Source of the DNA: Geosiphon pyriformis uo1 | Taxonomy: Eukaryota; Fungi; Glomeromycota | Direction of reading: 5' to 3' | NCBI GenBank assembly: GCA_016748015.1 | Contig: JAAOMT010000474.1 | Coordinates: forward strand, 1 to 64,000 | DNA length: 64,000 bases | Shown: one piece after another, positions 11,673-23,057 of the stretch | How the letters are laid out: the number at the start of each line of letters is the position of its first letter | How positions within the stretch are numbered: the stretch's first letter is position 1 | Made by a program: the position numbers and the translations under genes | The notes under the pieces: generated by a model | Databases searched by the model: none | Told to the model about the DNA's origin: nothing | The model's input: only the letters and a program-made list of their open reading frames with translations

Positions 11673-12509
11673 TGTTATAGTTGATTATTTGGGGTCTCAG
11701 GTCAAATAACAAACTCATAACTTAGTGCTCAAAAGCTACTCGCGTTGTTGATAATATCTTTAAATAGTTGGTATCTGAAGGTTTTCCAAATAAGTTCTTT
11801 GTATAATAGACAGAGATTCAATAGTTGTTTTATCTGTAGCTTCCCAGATTTGCAAGTCTGTCAATTTTTTTCTCGGCTTGGTGGCCAGCAATTTTCTGGT
11901 AAGTAATCCGTATTTTCTATACGTGTTCTACCCACTCACAGGGGTCTTTTACCAGGCAATTCTTAATGTCAGTAATTAGTGCTTTTAATCAATTGGTTAG
12001 TACACAATAATAAAATCAAAAAAAATAAAGAAAATAAAGAAATATAAAGAAATAAGCCAAGATGATTTGCAACTTTAGTATCCCATCAATAGCCATAATC
12101 AAGAGCTATTGTTCCAGTATAGTTAAGTATCAATTACTATCAACATGAATAGTTGATAGTAGATGTGGGTTTTGAGATAACAAATAGTTATTTATTAGAT
12201 GATTGTGATTTGGAGAATTGCTTCGATTAAATCTAAACTGAAAGGTCTGTTTTTTTAGTTTCTAATTCTACTGCTATATATACATAATTGAGATTCTTCA
12301 ATTCCTCAATTTTTCACAACAGGAATCCTGCAATTCCTTTGAAAAGAATCCTGGAATTCTGAAACCCTGCAATTCCTTGTGAGAATTTTGTAATTCCTGG
12401 AATTCTGCAATTCCTAAGAAGAATCCTGGAATTCCACATTTTACTACGTCTACTTTTGATTGGCTAATAACTATGCTAATATATATTCCTTATATTTCTA
12501 TGAGTAACA
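11673..12509 (-). repeat. 5' LTR of element B
   Basis: TGTTAT...GTAACA; adjacent to PBS; U3 carries GGAATCCTG/GGAATTCC micro-repeats plus TATA- and CCAAT-like motifs. Confidence 0.92.
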
Positions 12510-15500
12510 ACAATGTAGAAGTACTTTGTCTCCAATCTTGAATTCAACTGGTTTGTCTGGTAGTTGGTTATTGTGTCTCTTTTTTTGTTTTTTTTGTGTC
12601 TTTTTAATGTTATCAGCTGCTTTTCGTCGTTTGTTTTCTAGAGTTTTTATCAAATCATATGTTCTTCTTAGTAACATTTCCTGAAAATTGTCTACAGTTA
12701 TTGGTTCTGTTAGATAAGTGTTGACTTCTATCTTGACTGGTAGTGTTGCTGTTCTACCGTATACTAATTCAAATGATGTTGCTTGTATAGTGTCTTGCTT
12801 CATTGTCTGATAAGCAAATAGTACTAATAATATAAACAAATTCCATTCATTCTGGTTTTCTTGACTGTTCTTGGCAACTGCTTTACACAGTATTCTATTG
12901 AATCTTTCAACTAGTCCATTGGTTTGTGGATGATATGGTGATGACAATAGTCTTTTAACTTCAAATCTTTAACTTAATTCTGCCAGTGTTTTGTTCACAA
13001 AGTGAGTTCCTTGATCTGATAGTAGTTTTTTTGGACATCTGTGTTGACAGATCAAATCTTGATAGACAAATTCAACAATGGATTCTGTATCTGCTCTTTG
13101 AATGACTTTTGCTTCTGGCCATTTAGTGAGATAATTTATAGCTATTGCAATATATCTGTTGCTTCTGCTGGTGATTGTTAATAATCTGACTAAGTCAATT
13201 CTAATGCGATTGAATGATTGTCCCACTTTGATTTGTCTTAATGGTTCACTGGGTCTTGTTCTTTCTCTTCTCTAACAAGCATCACAATTTTGAACATATT
13301 GGATGATGTCTGGATACATTGATGGCTAATAGTATCTTTTTCTGGTTCTTTTCATGGTTGCTTCTTTATGAAAATGTCCTGTTGTTGGGTCTAAGTGCAT
13401 GTTGAATATTATTGTTTCTTTCTCTGGTTCTGTAATTACTCTAATTGGTTGATCTGAATTTCTTCTGTTCTTTTAGTAAAGTATATTTTGATAATTGATA
13501 AAATATTTTGATTGTTGTTTTATGTTGTTTTGTTTCTTTTGAGATAATTTCTTCTTGAATAATTGAGTATTTATATAATGTTGAAGTTGTTGGTATTTTT
13601 GCATATTTATGTTTTGTTATATTTTTGAGTTGAAATGTTTTTAAATTTGTCTCATTCATAACAATCTGTCAGCATTTTTATTGTCTTTTCCTTTTTTATA
13701 ATGTACTGTATAATTAAATGGTAAAAGTTCTATTTTCTATCTGGCATGGTGATTGTCTGCAAATTTTTGTTTCTGGATTGAAGTCAATTCCTTGTGATTT
13801 GTATATATTTCAAACTTTTGGCTCAAGTATTCTCTCCATTTTATGACTGCCCAATAGATTGCTAAATGTTCCAGTACTAGTGTTTCATAATTCTTTTTGG
13901 CTGGACTTAAGCTTCTACTGGTGTAAGCTACTAGATGTTCTCTTTTATCTGGTTTTTTTTGTAATAGTACTGCTCCCAATGCTTGACTTGATGCATCAGT
14001 GATAATGATAAATGGCTTGCTATGATCCAGATAGATTAGTATTGGAGCTTGAATAAGCTTTCTCCTTAGTGTATCAAAAGCTTCTTGCTGTATTTTTGTC
14101 TATTTATATTTGGTGTTTTTTGTTTGGAGCTGATGTAGTGGTTGAGCTATTTTAGAAAAGTCTTTGATAAAGTGGCAGTAGTATCCAACAAATCCCAAGA
14201 ATGCTTTTAGTTCTGTGAGATTGTTTGGTATTAGAAAGTTTTTGACAACTTCAATTTTGTCTGGATCTGTTTTGATGCCATCTTTGCTCACAATATGTCC
14301 CAAGAATTTTAGTTCCATCTTTCCAAAGAAACACTTAGTTGTATTTAGTTTCAATCCAGCTCTTCTGAGTTTTTCAAATACTTGCTGGAGGTAATGCAGA
14401 TGATTATCGAATGTTTTTGAAAACACATTTGTGTTATCTAGATAGACAACTACTGATTTCCATAGTAATCTGGTATAGACAATTTCTATAAGTTGTTGGA
14501 ATATTGCTGGAGCATTTATCAAGCCAAATAGCATGACTTCAAATTCAAAATTTTCTTTTTTTGTCATAAATGCAGTCTTTTCTTTGTCAGCTGAGTCCAT
14601 GACTACTTGCCAGTAACCATTATCTAAATCTAGTGTTAAGAACCATTTATTTCCTCCAAAAGCATCGAATAGTTCTTGGATCTTTGGAGTTGGGTAGCTG
14701 TCTTCTTTGATTACTCCATTCAATTTCCAGTAATCTACACAAAAGCAGATTTTTCCATTCTTCTTCCAGATTAGTATCACTGGTGATGACCATGAATTTA
14801 TTGATGACTGAATTAGCCATTGTCAAACATCCAATTGATTTCTTGACGAATGATCTTATGGCTAGCTGGTGATACTCTGTATGCTCTTTGCTTAATTGGT
14901 ATTGCATCTCCAGTTTTAATCTGATGCTAGATAATATTGGTGCAGCCAAATTCATTTTTGCTTGTAAAGATGTTGTTGAAATCACTGAGTAATATCTTTA
15001 GTTGTATTTGTTGAAGTGGGTCTAGATTTTCCATGTTGATCTGTTCCAATTGTTCTGGTTGAAGCAGATAACATTCATTTCGTTTATATATAGTCTGTGA
15101 TATAATATTTACATATCCACAAAGCTGTAGAAAGTCTGGAATGTGGTTTGGTAATTGATCCTTAACTTTAGTGATTAAATATCCAATGATGATTCCCTTT
15201 GGTATTTTGATAATATTTCTTATTGTGTTGTAGATGGAAATTTTGATATTTTTGGGGCTTTTGGCTCATATGTAAAGATTCATAAGTCCAATTTTTCCTG
15301 ATTCGCAAATGGTGGCTTCTGCTTTGAACAACTGAGCTTGATTTTTTACTTTTCTTTTTATGGCTAACATATACTGGTCATATGATGAAATAGAAATTGT
15401 TTGACAAGTTGAGATATTTTTTCTTTTGTTAATAACCTCTTTTTCTATCATATTAACTGGTATATCTATTCTACTTGTTGATCTGAATCCTTGTATCCCT

Positions 15501-16827
15501 CTTGCTGTTATCTCTAATTCTTCCCTGTTTTCTACTAACATTAATTAAGCTATTTTCACCAGAGGTAAGAATATTGCCTGTGCTATTTTTTTGTTTGGAT
15601 CTATAGTATATGCTTTTTTTGAATTATTTTGTAGCATAGCAATGATATTTCCTACATATCTTGCATCAATTATTCTTCCTCTAATGTTTATTTTTTTTTT
15701 CACTAAACTACTCCTAGATGTTAGTTGAACCATTGTTGCTGGAATTTCCAGTGCTATTTTTAGATCAATGCAAGTGTGTGAATGTGGTTCCAATTTGATG
15801 GGATCTTTCCCGAATATCTCAGATCAAATCCTGCATCAGTATTATGTATGTGTTCTGGCATGATATTTTTGCTATTATCACTGAACCATTTAAGTTTCTG
15901 TTCCTTAAAAAGGTCAGAAAATGTGATAAATGTTTTGGAGTTTGAATTGGAGTTTGAATCATCATCATTTTCATTGCTATTTGGAGCAGAGCTGGAATCA
16001 TTGTTTTCATTATCATTGTTGTTAGAGTTTGAATCAGAATCAAAAGTTGATTCCAATTCTGATGCACAGTTGCTTATTGGTTTGTTTTCTTCTGGAATTG
16101 TGTAGATCATGTGTGGTGGTAAATTGTAAATGAGGTCACACTCATTACAATACTGGAAGTCACATGGAATCAAACAGTGGTCACATAATCAGGTGTTTAT
16201 TTCTTTCAAGCATTGTTCCTGCTCTTCTCTGGTGGGTGCTAATTGCTGGTAATGTTCGTAGAATTTCTCTGGATTGTCCTCAATGTTGCAAAAGATGTTG
16301 AAAGTTTGGATGTATTCAGGTTCAGGAAGAGATGGAGAGTTGTTTTTAATTTCCAGTAGTTTGCTGGTTGTTGCGCCTTCTGCTTTTGCACTTGCCATTC
16401 TTCAAAGTTCATCTTCATCATAAAGATATTCTTTCAATTGTCACAACACTTGTTTCTAGGCGTTGTCAATTGATGTTTTTTTGCATATCCAGTCATTGAT
16501 TAGGATCGTGTACTGACACATCTCGTTGCACGTTCCTCTATGCCCAAGAATGTCATTCCACATTTCTTTGTCTGGAAGAGTTTTTTCACAAGTTAAACAT
16601 GGTGTATTATCCCATTTTCCCACTTGTTTTGGCCTTCCAAAACATTCAATGAGACATCATGGCAATAAAACTTAATTGCTGTCTGGTATTCTTTGTCATT
16701 GCCACAACATGCACCCATTGAAGACAATTTCTTACTGTAATTGACGCATATAAGCTTTGGTCAATGATAATTTGGTTGTGGTAGTGTGTAAGTATATGCA
16801 TGGTGAATGGTGGCCCTGTTTGTAGTT

Positions 16828-17916
16828 CTATACAAGCAAATACCTTTTGGGTAGCACACAAGCAATCATCTACCTCAATCCAATTTTCTAAAAGTGTATG
16901 GCTGTAAGATGATTTGGAAACTCTTTCTGGTAGCCTTGGAATATAATCATCAATATTAGTAATCCTATGAATTATAATTTTACTGGCAAGTGAATTCACA
17001 TATTGTGCAAATTGGTAATTCCCAACACGAGAATGTCCATAAGTATAAATTTTTACTTTTTGTTTAATGTTGAGAGTTATTAATTCTAGCATTCCAAGCA
17101 AAACATATACTAAAATTTTAAAAGTATATCGATTTAGTATTTAAAATTAATTATGTTTTTATTTTAAAAAATTCTATAAATCTCTTACCAACACCTGAAC
17201 CATGTCCAATTCCAATAACCTTTCTAAATAACTTCTTTTTTAAGTAGACTATCATGAAACCCTTTAAATATCTGTTTTATGCTCTTAAACTCTTGGTCAA
17301 TTTTTACTCCATCAATCTGAGAATAAGGGACCAAGATATTTTGTCTAGTTCTCCAGTATTCCTCGTTTCCTAATGGTTCACCTCTTACCGCAATAATTAT
17401 TGTGTTATCAACAGCAAAAAATTTCGCTGCAACAATGTCGAAATTGTTCTATTAGTGCAAAATTATTTTTAAAATTATATCTGGTAAATTTCAAATAAAA
17501 ATACCATAAATTCCTGGCCCAATAGCATACATTTCATTAAGACAATAAGAACCACCAGCAAGAAGCGTAAATTCTTCCAAATAACTATAAGGGACTTTAA
17601 GATTCCTTTTGAGTAAAAAATGTCCTTTGGCCTTAATTTTATTATTAAAATTTAAGAAATTTAATGGTAATGAGATATTTTTTTCGGTAAAAAAATATTT
17701 GCTTTTTAAATTTGGCCCTAATAAAACTTTCATTTGTTGGGCTATAGGATTTTTTTGGGAATCACTTCTTGCTAGAACGAGCCTTGAATGAGCTGATGCT
17801 AAAAGATTGCCAGAATTTGGGAGAACTTCCATGTCCATAATATCATTACCCAGACAAATCTTAATACAAAAAGAAATATGATAAAGTAGAACTGAAATAT
17901 ACGACTTTCTAACCAT
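16828..17916 (-). pseudogene. Secreted class-3 lipase-like gene, 3'-truncated
   Basis: Hydrophobic N-terminus; introns 17504-17427 and 17188-17110; motifs IIIAVRG, IGHGSGV, IYTYGHSRVGN..FA, RITNIDDYIPRLP, YSH...E.WI. Apparent 1-nt frameshift in exon 2 (~17230-17280). The C-terminus is replaced by element A. Confidence 0.75.
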
Positions 17917-20900
17917 CTTTTGATATAAAGTGTTGATCTTTAGTGCTAAAATTTCTTAAATAATGTTTTGATGTTATTTTGAATTATTTAATAGCTGTAT
18001 AAAGCCTTGTAGGACTTTAACATCATAAATACAAGTTTTTATGATTAATTTGTTATATCAATTATTTGATATCCCGGGGAATTTTCTCCCTCTTAAATCC
18101 ATGTGTACATAATGTATATCAAACATTAAATTTTATGCAGAAAATTATCCATTTTTCCTTGATATGATTATAGTAGGAAAAATGTTTTTAAAGACTTAAA
18201 ATAAAATAAGTATGATAAACATTATATATAAAAATAAATGAGATTTAAAATTGAGAGACATAGCATATTGAGTTAAAATATTATGATTGTAATTTATAAT
18301 GTTACTAAAAAGACTTTTTTTTAGAAAACATTTTTTAAAAGTATATATATACGTTATATAATTTCAATGTTTATATCCCTGGTTAATTTGTTTTTATTAA
18401 ATCTTCAAGAATTTTACTGTTAAATTAAAAAAAAGTTTTTTCATAATTATAATTTTTCTATTGAATTTTTATTCTTAAAAAATATTTATTATAAATTAAA
18501 TAGTTTAAAATAATCATAATTTATATTATGATAATTTGTTATGTATATATTGAAATTCATTAAATTAAAATATATTTATTGTTTAACAATTGGGAAATAA
18601 AGTTCGATTTAAAGTTAATAATAATAATAATAATAATAATATTGTAAAAAATATTTTATATGGTTGCAATTTAAGAAAAATATAAATTGTTAAACTTTAT
18701 AAGATATATTAACAAGTTTTAAAAAATTTATATATAAATATATATTTTTTAAAAGCTATTAGTTTATTCAAAGTAATATTTATTGCTTTACTTTTATTTG
18801 TTTAAAATTTTTAATTTTTATTATAATAAAGATATTAAAATTTTTTTTTGTTATAAAAAGCAATTTCTCCTAATTCTTTAATTTAATTATTATTTATTGA
18901 TTATTTCAATAATTTAGGTTATTTATTGTAATTACAAAGTGTTTTTTATTATAATAAATAAATAAATAAATCAATAAATAAAACAAACAAACGGTATACT
19001 CCTTCAAGTTTACACCTAACGGCAGAATTTCTCAAAATAATTATGGAAAGATAGAAATATTTCATGTTTATCTTTTTAATTCTAAATAAGTTTTAGTAAA
19101 AATTATTTCTTTAAACAAGTTCCCTAATTATTTCCTTGGAATGGAACATTAATTCAAAGGTTTTTTTTAATTAACTCTGAAAAATAAGTTGGAAAAATGA
19201 AATTTATTTTGATATCAATTTATACAGTGATATTGGTTTGAATTAAAAAAAATATATCCAAAAAGATAAAAAGTTTCTTTAGATTTATAAAAGAATTTTT
19301 TCGTTGTAAAAATTTTTTTGCTACAATCGATAAAAGTTTCAAATTAGGATATTTAAGTAAAAAAAACTTTTGATATATATATGAATTAAAATATGTCAAG
19401 AATGTTAAAATGTTGAGAAATAAAAAATTGTTATAATAATCACTCACCATCCTTTCCAACTACATGTCCTAGAAACGCTAATTCATTTTTCCCAAAGGCA
19501 TTTTTCTAAATTTAATTTGAGTCCAGCGTCTCAAAAATTTGTTGTAAATATTGGAGATGATCCCCAATATATTCGCTTTATTTGTACATCAAATTAACAA
19601 TGTAGAAATTTGTAATGAAATCACAATTCAAAATGCTATTATGTGTTTAAAAAAGGTTTACCAGAATGTTCCAAGTATTATTTTAATAAAATTTTTCAAT
19701 TCAAATGAACAGCTCCCAATAAGAAAAAAATTCTATTTTAGTATTGGTAGTGGAAAGAATAGAATGGGTGAAAACTTTTTCCAAAAATTCTATTTCGAAG
19801 TTTAACGTAAAGAAAATCAAACATGTAAAAAAATTTTAATTTGATTGTTATACAGTTTTTCATATAACAAAATAAATGAACATGGAAACTACAAAAAAAA
19901 AGCATTGAAAATATTATCAGATTACAAAATAAAGTGTAGCTATTCTTGATGTAAAATATATGTTCTTTTTAACAATTGAGATTGGCAATTTCATTTATGT
20001 TTTAAAAAACATACCATCTATTCTAATTTGTTATATTGTTTAAATACAGATAATAACACAAAAACTTTCAATAATTATATAAATATGTGTAAACAATAAA
20101 ATTTATAATCCTAAATTTATTTTGTTATTTAGCAAAAGTTAGAATACTTGAAAAAAATAACAACATACTCTTAATAATTTTCATTGTTTAAAAAGCTTAA
20201 TAAAAGAATTTCAATTTTATATTTAGGTGCTATTAAAAAGTGTGCATCTATTGCGCTCGAACTATGTGAGCCGAGGGCCTTAATCCTATATGAACCATAA
20301 TTAAAACCAAATACTTTTATTTGTTGTCTTAACGCTCAAATGGACATCATCCACTACAGTGTCATTGGATATCGCCAGCCCATCCTTTTGATTAGCCCTG
20401 AGCGCAGTGTGAGGAAGCCATGCTCGATCACGATGCATGATTAAAAATTTCTTACCAACTCAACAATTTTGGAAGTGGTCAACATACAATCCTTGAAGAT
20501 GAAACCTTTGAAAGCTTTGTCTTTATACTAGAGAATTTGAATCCTTAACTGGCTAAGAATGATCGACTCATCTCAAATTTTAAAATTATTTTTTGTTGCA
20601 ATACTTTCTAAACATCTTGTTTTTTTAATTCTTTTTAATAATTTTTAATTTATTATTTGCGTTAAAGTTTATAAAGTTAGTAAAAATATTGAATTAAAGT
20701 ATTTATATTTGAATAGTTAATGATCAAATTTACAAATTTTTAAATTAATTAATTAAGTTGTTGCAAAAAATAAAAATTTATTTTATTATATCACTTCTCG
20801 TATAAAAATGTAACTTTAAACTATATACACATAAAAACAAATAACTCTTTAAGTTAATATGCCTATATTATTTGGATAAATTCAGATCGCAAATGTAATG

Positions 20901-23057
20901 ATATGATAAATTCTACAATTTGTCATTTTAAAGAACTAATTATTGAAAAGAAGTAAAACTAATTAAATGGTTAATTAGGTTTATATATTAAAAATTTAAA
21001 GTATTTTATGTTTGATTGAAGTCAAAATTAAAGAAATATTTTCTAATTCAAGTTCGTACTTTGAATATATGATGAAAAAATGCCCTATTGATTAGAATTA
21101 AACTTTGTTTTCAATTTATTTTATTTATTTTTGCTTAATAGAATCAAACATTCATTTGCTATTATTACAAAAGTCTTTTGAAATTATATCTTAAAATAAT
21201 TATCAGCGTTAATTGTGATGATAATCTATATAAATTTAGTTTATAAAATTTCATTAATTTTGTGTTTTTGTAAACCTTAAATTAATATCCACACTAACCA
21301 ACCAATTAGAATTTGTAAATTTCAAATCGAATTTTTAAATTGTTTACAATATAATTTTTGAATTATTGCTATCAGAGATTTAAACAAAACTTAGATTGTT
21401 TTTTAATTATAAAAATATATATTTAAAATTGATATTAATAATAAATAAAATAAAATTTAATTGACTTAATTAAAATCGACGCTTAACATATCTAAGACTA
21501 AATTATTAAATTCATTAAATTAATCCGAAAATTAGAATTTATTTTTGAACATAATTTTTTTAAACATTAGGATTTTTTTCAAAAATTTATAAATTAAAAA
21601 CTAGAATATATGAGTTTAATTTACCAAATAAGCAATTTTACTTTTCATAAAAAACAATTTTTTTTTGAACATTTTTACAATAAATTTTAAAAAAATAAAA
21701 TAAATAATAACAATAAAATTTAATAAGATGTGCAAGTTCATTAAATAAAAAAAATTAACTTTAAAAATATTAATATTTAATTATTATGTACTAATTATGC
21801 TAATACAAATATTTAACAATAAACAATAAGAATTATAATACATTTATCAAAAATTAAAATAAAATAAAATTTTATTGTATTTCATTAATAAATTATTACA
21901 AATTATAAAAGCAAAACAAGCTATATTTTAATACATATTTTTTTTTATTAATAAACAATATTATGTATTTCAAAAAACTGATTGATATTATAAAATTAAA
22001 ACAACATCTTTTTTTCTAATATCGTTGCACTTTTTAATAATAATAATATTAATTAAAAAATTTATTATCAATTGTTCAAATTTTTTTAGAGAAATAATTT
22101 TTATTTTGGTGCTCAATACTTAATAATGTTTTGAAAATTAGGTAATATAAAACTTATAATTTAATTTTGTTGGTCTTAAATTGGTTATTAAAAATAATAT
22201 TATGTAAAGTTTAAAATTTTTTAAATGTTGTTATTAAAATTAAGCTTGCCAATTTACTTTTTTATTATATTTAAAATTACCAAATTGTGGTTATTGTTGC
22301 ATTTTGTAATTTTTTTGGGATATTTTTTAATAACATCAAAAAATGTTCTCAAATATTTTATTAAAATTATTGCTGTTATATTAAACTAGTTGATTTGTAT
22401 TAATATTTTATGTTTTATTTGAAAAATTTGTTAAATAAAACATTGACCCGATAATTAATTTTAGATGCAAAAATAGTGTTAAAGTTTTTAATTATTTGAC
22501 TTTAAATTCTAAACTGTTTTTTTTGGCTTTAACAAAACTTTAATGTTTTAAGTTATTGTTTAATTTGGTTGGTTGGTTTATTGTTATGTGCTCAAATTAC
22601 GTGGTTAATTAACTGTAAAAACTCAAGTTTAAGATTTGATTTAAAATAAATTTTACAAAATCCAAGATAAAATTTATACCAGTGGGAGCCAAGAAAATTA
22701 CTTTAAACTTGTTATTAAAGCCTATTATTGATAAAGTAGAGTGATATACCTTTTCTTGATATTAAGAATTTTTTTTTTTTTTTTCATTTCGGTTGTTACG
22801 CGAAAAAATCTCATTTAAATTAAAATAGCAATAAGACAATGACATTTGAGTTCCCAGACGATCTCTACCCGTTTAATCAATCTGGCTGAGAGGTTGTGTG
22901 TTTTCAGAACTATTCAACGTTTCTAATTTCTTCAAGGCCTAGCCTTTTCAGGAATGTGATTAGAGGTTGAAATCTTTATTTATTAGCAAGACAAATTCTT
23001 TCTTTACCCATACAAAATATTCAAGGCTTAATAATGTTCTTGTTTTGTTTGAAAATC

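Larger units (their letters stand above)
2395..12509 (-). mobile_element. Full-length decayed Ty3/Gypsy LTR retrotransposon B (~10.1 kb)
   Basis: Two LTRs, PBS and PPT; TSD ACAA at 2391-2394 and 12510-12513; domain order gag-PR-dUTPase-RT-RH-IN. Confidence 0.95.
513..16828 (-). mobile_element. Ty3/Gypsy LTR retrotransposon A: decayed, lacks gag/PR/5' LTR, interrupted by element B
   Basis: Segments 513-2394 and 12510-~16828 rejoin into a continuous integrase. RT (YLDN for YLDD, 14100-14780), RNase H (13737-13979), integrase (12498-13610), dUTPase (~15470-15880) and a Cys-rich region (~16130-16750) are present, with many stops. Confidence 0.9.

Noticed and set aside
19220-19805. Short ORFs 19220-19459 and 19551-19805 (likewise 29326-29577)
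   Set aside because: Low-complexity AT-driven frames with no motifs.
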